A DNA stretch of 47,800 bases from Paramecium tetraurelia. Taxonomy: Eukaryota. The stretch covers positions 1-47,800 of the forward strand of contig CT868082.1 of assembly GCA_000165425.1 (NCBI GenBank), read 5' to 3'. Under the pieces are notes generated by a model. That model was given only the letters and a program-made list of their open reading frames with translations, was not told the origin of the DNA and ran no database searches. Positions 40,801 to 47,800 of the stretch are shown in pieces (the first letter of the stretch is position 1; each line of letters starts with the position of its first letter). Made by a program: the position numbers and the translations under genes.

Positions 40801-43800
40801 ATATAAAAGTACCAATAAATTACCAAGAATTATTATTAAATAATGGTAGGTAAAATAATTATGTCATTACTGAATCAAGGAAAAGGGTTGCAGACATTAT
40901 TGCAACTGCTATTAATGCTAAAGTTCCGTTAGTTTTATAAGGATCAGCAGGCGTTGGAAAAACAAAACTTATTTCTACATTCTAATAAACATGCAAATTA
41001 TTTGAATCAACTAGTTTTCATTATATCAATATGAATTAAAATTCAGAGTTAAATGATTTAATGGGATAATTTGTATCTACAGGCTAGAAGGATAAGATAG
41101 AATTTACATTTAAAAAAGGTCCATTATTTTTAGGGATGGAGTAAGGTGGCATCGTTCTTATAGATGAAGCTAATCTATCAGATGCTAGCATACTTAACTT
41201 TTTAGCTAATGTAGCCAAGTATCCATCAGAATTTCATGATCCTGTTTCGGATCAAATAATAAGGGTTCATGAAAAATTTCGAATCTTATTTGCATAAAAC
41301 CCTCCATCCTATAATGGCAGAAATTTGCTCCCAGACACATTAGCATCTAAAGTTATAGTGGTCAATGTTCCAAATTATATTTTGGAAGAAGTACTTTAAA
41401 TTTGCACCGAATCTTAGCCTTGTGTGTAAAATGAAAATTAGATTTTCATTAAAAGAGGTATGGAATATTTTCTAACCAAATTAATACAATATCCTAAAGA
41501 TGGTAATGAAAGATAGCTGAATATTAATGGTACTTAATTTACTTTAAGGTAATTCATTAGATTTCGAAATCGATTAGCGAGAACTGGTTTCTCTACAAAC
41601 GAGCCTAATTGGGAAAGCATTTTACAATTACATTAAATGATACTTTTTCCGAAAAATGCCTATGAAGAATATAACTTAGAATCTTAGATAAATAAAATTG
41701 GATAGAATTTATTTTTTTCGATTAAAAATCAATAAGCTTAACTACAAATAGCTCTTAAACTTAAGAATAAAATTTTGAAAAAATATGAGACATTAGTTCA
41801 AAATTTAAACTCAATTTAAAGATTAGTATTCTGCAAAATAGCATTTTGCTATTATTTTAAAGAAAATATTCTAATTTCAGGAGAGACCTCTTCAAAAACC
41901 TACTTGTCTAAATTGTTTTCAGAATTGATTGAATTTTAGAATCCAAATCCATTTGAATTAATTTATGTAACTTCTGAAACCAATATTACTGATTTAGTTG
42001 GCAGTATGGAGTCTCATACTAAAAGTTCTTATCACCAATATTGTTTAAGTTTGATAAGAAGATTTAATTAGAATATGAATTAAAATGAAAAAAAAACTAT
42101 CGAAGATCATTTATAAGAATTAAAATAAAGCTATGATTCACCAGAATTCTTTGATCAAACTATTAAAAATATAGGCAATTAATTTCCCTTTATTGAAAGA
42201 GGATTGACATTTAATGCTAGATTCGGTGGGGTTTTATGTTTAAAAAATATATCATTGGCAGAATAATCTGTTATTGAAGGATTAAATGCTTTATTGGAGA
42301 TTGAACCCCATTTTATTGTAAATGGAAAAGAAATTAAATTACATAATGAATTTATTTTGATTGCAATTATTAATAATACATTTGGAGGTTAATTAAGTGA
42401 TGCATTATAGTCAAGATTTACAAAAATTCGAATTCAAGTTCCAGACCTTATTAATCCTTCTTAAGAAATAGATATTTCTTATGAAAAATATCTTATTAAT
42501 AAAATCCCAGATATAACTTAATAAAAAAATATTATTTAGTTTATAAAGGAACTTCTTATTAGTACAAAATAATATAAGGAGCTTTTCTATTAAAATATAT
42601 CTAATCGCAAATTCTATTAATGGATGAGCTTTTTGAATTTAGATTTGGAGGCAACATTTTAATAAAAATTAGCATTAGGATTTTAATTTGTGATTTTGGA
42701 TAAATATAAAGTAAATTTTGAAGAAGTCATTACGAATCCTGAACTTTAAGAACACTATTAATAAATTTAAAACAAAATTTAACTTAAAATAAAAGAAAAA
42801 TAATTTTTCAATTCTCAAAAAATCATTATAAACCCAATTACTAATAAAATATTATAAAGAATATATTCAGCATTTTCTACAAAATATATACCTTGCCTGA
42901 TAGGACCACCTGGAGTCGGAAAATCTGCCATTGCATAGGAACTTGCTAATATAACTAAAAAAAAATTCTGCAGAATTTGTTGCTCAGATTCTTTGAGTGC
43001 TGAAGATTTATTTGGATCTTATGCACCAAAGATTGAAAATGATAAAGTAGTATTCGTTTTCCAATAGGGTTGTTTGGCATAAGCAATATCTTCAAACAGC
43101 CTTATTCTATTTGATGAAATTAATTTAGTATCTCCTGAAATATTAAGCACTCTTTAAGCTTTATTTAACACTGATGAAAAAGAAATTACAATAAAAGATA
43201 GTACATTTATTAAAGAAAAATGCATATTTTTATGCTCAATGAATCCCACTACATATTAAGGAAGATAAGAATTACCTTAATGCATATCAAATCTTTTATG
43301 CGAAGTGTATATTGAAGCATTCAATATTGATCATGTAATTGACATATTTAAATTGAAATACTAAAAGGAGATCATATAATTATAAAAGGCTGGAATTAAT
43401 TTTAATATTATTTTAGATTTACACAAAGAGCTTGCTTTATTAGACTAAGAATAATAAAAATCCAACTATGACTTTAATATAAGATTTTTGGAAAATCTCT
43501 TGTCTCTTTACAGCTAATATTTTTTAAATCAAATATAAAAATTAAATAATGAAAACCTTAAATTAGAATTAATAATTGTTTGTTTAGATATTATATATGT
43601 TTAACACTTTTATTAGACAGAATTTTCACAATAAGTACTAAAAATAATATTGGATAAATTCGGCTTAAGTTAAGATTAATGGAAAAAACGAAGAGTTTTC
43701 TTAGAATAATAGGGAAATGTAATTAGAATAAGTAGATAAATCGGAAAGGATTTTATACCCATATTTGATTAGGTTTTATCAAATTAGGTCATTCCTTAAC

Positions 43801-46800
43801 TTTCCAATAATTCATTCGTTGTTAACCTACAAAACTCTATTATTTTAGAGAAACTCTTTATTGCAATTAATTCTAAAAAAGTAATATTATGTTAAGGGGA
43901 TGTTTCATCTGGGAAAACCTCATGTGTTATTAAAATGGCAAATCTTTTGAACTAAAGGTTCATTTTGTTGCCAATTCATAGTGATTTAGAAACTGATGAT
44001 TTACTTGGTAGTTTTGCTTAAGTGAACCCTAATCATGATGAAATTTAAGTGGAATTAGAGAGGTTATCAAAAAAATTCATATTGAGAAGATAAGTAATTG
44101 GATAACAATAAAAAGAGATGCGAATGAAATATGCTGAAGGAGTATTAAAAATTTGTTGTAAATTTGGTTATTGGTTAATTTTGGATAATATTAACCTAGC
44201 AAGAGCTGAAATAGTAGAAAGGTTAAATTCCTTAGGAGAAGATTAGCCTTGTTTATTTAATAATGAATTTGGTGATTCAAATACTTGCATAATTCCACAT
44301 GAAAATTTTCGTTTAATATGTTTGTAAAATCCAACGAGAGTAGATTAAAATTAATTGTCTCCTGCCTTTTATAATAGATGTATTAAAATTAATTTTGAAA
44401 TTGATCTAAAACATAATTCAAACGATATTATTGAGATTTTAACCATAAAAGGTTTAGGGTAATAATCAATTCAACAAGATAATGTTGTTCTGGCGAGTAA
44501 TTTATTAAAGTAAGTCATATTTATTAAAGAACATACAAATGCTTTAATTAATATAAGAAATGTTATAAAAGCCTTCAATATGATTCAAGAAAATGGATTT
44601 TAATAGTATGATTAAATAATGGAAATTGTTTTTGGCTCAGAATTTAAAGAATCCAAAAAAAATCCATATTTTCCCATTTTTGATTTAAAGTCTCATAATG
44701 TTACAGATAATATTATGGATAAATACACTGATTCCATATTAAATAAATTAGTCTCAAACACATTAAAATAGATAACTGATTAACCCAAAAAATTTCTAGA
44801 TTTTATAAATATTAGTTAATTTTTAAAAGCAAACTTGCTAGAAAAAGAAATTTAGGTTTATTAAAGGTTCATTTAAGGTATAAGCCAATAAATCTGTCTA
44901 GTTAATTTTGTAGAGGAGAACTAATATGATTTGGGATGTTATAAATTTCAAGTAAAAGGAGAATTAATTAAATATGTTGGTTAACAAACTATAAAAATAT
45001 ATCCAACATTTTTGTCCTTATTTATATAAAGCAAAGTATTGAAGAATTTGTTAGTCAAATCTAAATTTGTATTTTAGGAATAATCTATTTTAGCTGAGGC
45101 AAGGTTAAATTCTGAAGGTCAAATGTTAGTATCGTTCTAGTAACCAAATGATTTATTTTTGGTTCCATTGATTAAGTCTCTTATTGGACCATCTTATTAA
45201 TAGTTTTTTAAGATTTTTAAGCATATGCTCTCAAAATCTGAGATTGAATGCTCAATATATCTAGATTAGCATATAGAACTATTCTTCAATTTTAAATTAC
45301 TTGATTATTCATTATCCTACATCCCCAATCTTTAATTTAAGAATATATTTGGACAAATTTCTTTAAATAAAGAGAATATTATTACATAATTTTCACTAAG
45401 TTGTGATTTATAACTTGAATTAAATTAGTATTTTATTAAAAAAGGTTTCTTTAGCAGAGTGCATAATTTAAATTCACATAGGGGTGAGATTAGTATTCCC
45501 CCTGAAAGTTAAATTTTTATCTTTTAAGATTACAATTGCTTCAATTTATTTTCAAATATAAATATAGTTTAATCTCCAAAGTTTACCTCATATATAGATC
45601 TTGAGGAAAGAAAAGTAGAAATAAATTTAGAATGTGAAAATTCTATTTAAATCTATAAGTTGCCATTTCATATTAGAATAAATAGAATTTTCGTTTATTT
45701 CTTATTAAAAGAAAAAATTACTCTAAATGGAAATATTCAATGTACATTTCAGATATTTGATAAGGATTTTTGTAGTTTAAAGGCCCAAATTGATAAATCA
45801 AAGTTAAAATTACAGTTATCTTAAGGATAGCATTAAATTAATTGTTAAAATTTCATTAAATAATTTTTTTTGAATTATTTTGAGAGCAATAACATTTTTA
45901 TTTAACAGTTTGTGGAGAATTAAAAGACTATTATAAAGAAATTGGATTTAATCACTAATACACTATACTGGAATTATGAATTTAATTTTTAAATTGATTG
46001 GAAAATGAAAATTTTCAAAAATATTATTTTAGAAATGAAAAATATGGATATCTATTGTCATATTGATCCTTAGACAACGAACTTTACTATTTGTTTCACT
46101 ATTGAAATTCTTAAATTTTGTTTTGAATTTTATGTTGATTTTGACTTTTTGTCTTTTTTTTCCAAATAAAAGAAAAAGTAATTGACGATGATTTTAAAAA
46201 GTGGAAAAAATTCTCCTCTTCTAAAAGAAATTATTGAGGTATTTTCAAAAGAATTGAAAAGCAAATTATAAAATATTTCTGGATTTAATTAATAACAAAC
46301 CAAATAATTCAAGAGGAAGGAAGATTCTCCATAATTATTCAATGCTGATAACTTTAGAAAATTAGGAGAGTAACTTTCATAATAATTTGAAGAAAAAGTT
46401 CATTAAATCCACAATGATCTTGGATCTAAATTACGCATCGAAAATTCTTAATCCAATTTGAATGAAAAAATTGAAAAAGAAATTAAATTAAATTATCAAG
46501 AAAATAGCAATTAGAAATTTAAATTATCTCAAGAATCTTATATAATATGGGATGATTAGATTGAGTTGAAATTTAGCGTCGATCTATTAAACCAATGGAG
46601 TGTATCCAAATACTTAACCCTTAGTCAATGTTGTTTAAATATTATAGCAAAAAATTAAAGTTTTGATCTGAATTTAAATGGCTTTATCAAAATTATGAAT
46701 ATGACTCTAAATAAGTTTTAGTTGTTACTAACTCCTAACAGCTTGCTTGATTTAAATATCGAAAATGAACCCTTAATAATGTAGATCAATCCAATTAGTT

Positions 46801-47800
46801 TCGGTTTTGGCTTGCTTGATTATTAGTTTGAAGATTTAGATATATTTCCTAAATTAGATTAAATTGTTGGATTTTAATACAATATGTTATCTCAAAAGTT
46901 TAACGGAGAGTTTAAAGTTGGGAAATAAAATATTAAGCATAACCTTTCTGGTTTATAGTTTGAGAATATTTAACTAGTATTTGGTTCATCTGATAATTTA
47001 AAGAATACCTTCGCAACTTTGGAAATAAAAGTCATTTTCTTTAAGCAAGAAATTAATTTTTATTTATAATTTTAACGCGAATAAATTAATAAACCTAAAA
47101 GTTTAATTAGATAATTACAATTTACTTCCTATGCATTAAAGAATTTTAGTTTTAATGAATTCTTAGAAAATAGTGTTGGAATAACTCTTTCATAAAAAAA
47201 ATTACAGTTTAATGTTGAAAATTTTGAGTTTTTTTTAAAATTAGAAAAGAATTTATCTTGGAAACATTCAATAATATTATAGATATAAAACAGTTAATGT
47301 CAAATTTTAGAGAATTTTGTAAGACTTCAAAATTTGAATGGTTTGATTCTTTATAAAAATTAAAGTTGGGTGGACAGTTGTATATCAGGAATATGCTTTG
47401 TTCGAGATTTTAACTTAGGATCTTTTAGTCTAACTTTTAACAAAGAAGTAAATGGACTTGAAGCTAAATTTTAAGTAAACCCTAAATTTGAGACGAAAGA
47501 ATTTTTCTTAACTATTCATAATAAATAATTGAATTTCATTTTTTTTGAGAATATAGGACATGATGAAATAAAAGTTAACTTGGGTCTTTATAACAATAAA
47601 ACCATATTCGAGCTTAAAGAAGAAGTTAAAATATTCTCATGGAGTAATATCTCAGCTTTAAAGTTGAAAAACATTGTCTTCAAGTATTTTGTAAGTGAAG
47701 AGATTGAAATAGAAAAAAATTCAAATTTTTAATTTGAAATAGAAATTTTTGATGATATTAATTTGAGAACTAAAATAACTATGCTACCTAGGACCACCCT
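37848..47800 (+). CDS. giant midasin-like protein with six tandem AAA+ modules (partial, runs off the window)
   Basis: Walker A sites GGAACGKT (39129), GQQYCGKL (40089), GSAGVGKT (40941), GETSSKT (41880), GPPGVGKS (42903), GDVSSGKT (43896). Midasin-type DLxG, F..GP, DEANLA and QNP motifs. All checked motifs and the 47529 track ORF share the frame of the 37848 ATG. Confidence 0.9.

Overview
Very AT-rich eukaryotic DNA read with the ciliate genetic code (TAA/TAG = Gln, TGA = stop). It carries tiny GT-AG introns of about 22-30 nt and very short intergenic gaps, the signature of a Paramecium macronuclear chromosome. The supplied standard-code ORF track is therefore mostly fragments or wrong-strand shadows, and I re-translated genes by hand. 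The first ~17 kb is accessory-like: a 150-N gap, three paralogs of one WD40 family (one intact, one with a single frameshift, one pseudogene), a ubiquitin fused to two divergent ubiquitin-like domains lacking diglycine, a cysteine-rich multi-TM surface protein, a divergent and disrupted SHMT, and a small secreted 6-Cys protein. The 17.6-36 kb region is compact and intact: RING/B-box/coiled-coil/LRR protein, scramblase, lipin, PH-OSBP, proteasome alpha-7, alpha-tubulin acetyltransferase and hypotheticals. From 37848 to the window end runs an apparently intronless ORF of >3300 codons with six tandem midasin-like AAA+ modules. These alternate intact and degenerate, and are flanked by a propeller-like N-terminus and a long beta-strand-rich tail. 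This ORF and the Ub-UBL-UBL fusion are the best novelty candidates. All calls come from manual motif recognition; no database searches were run.
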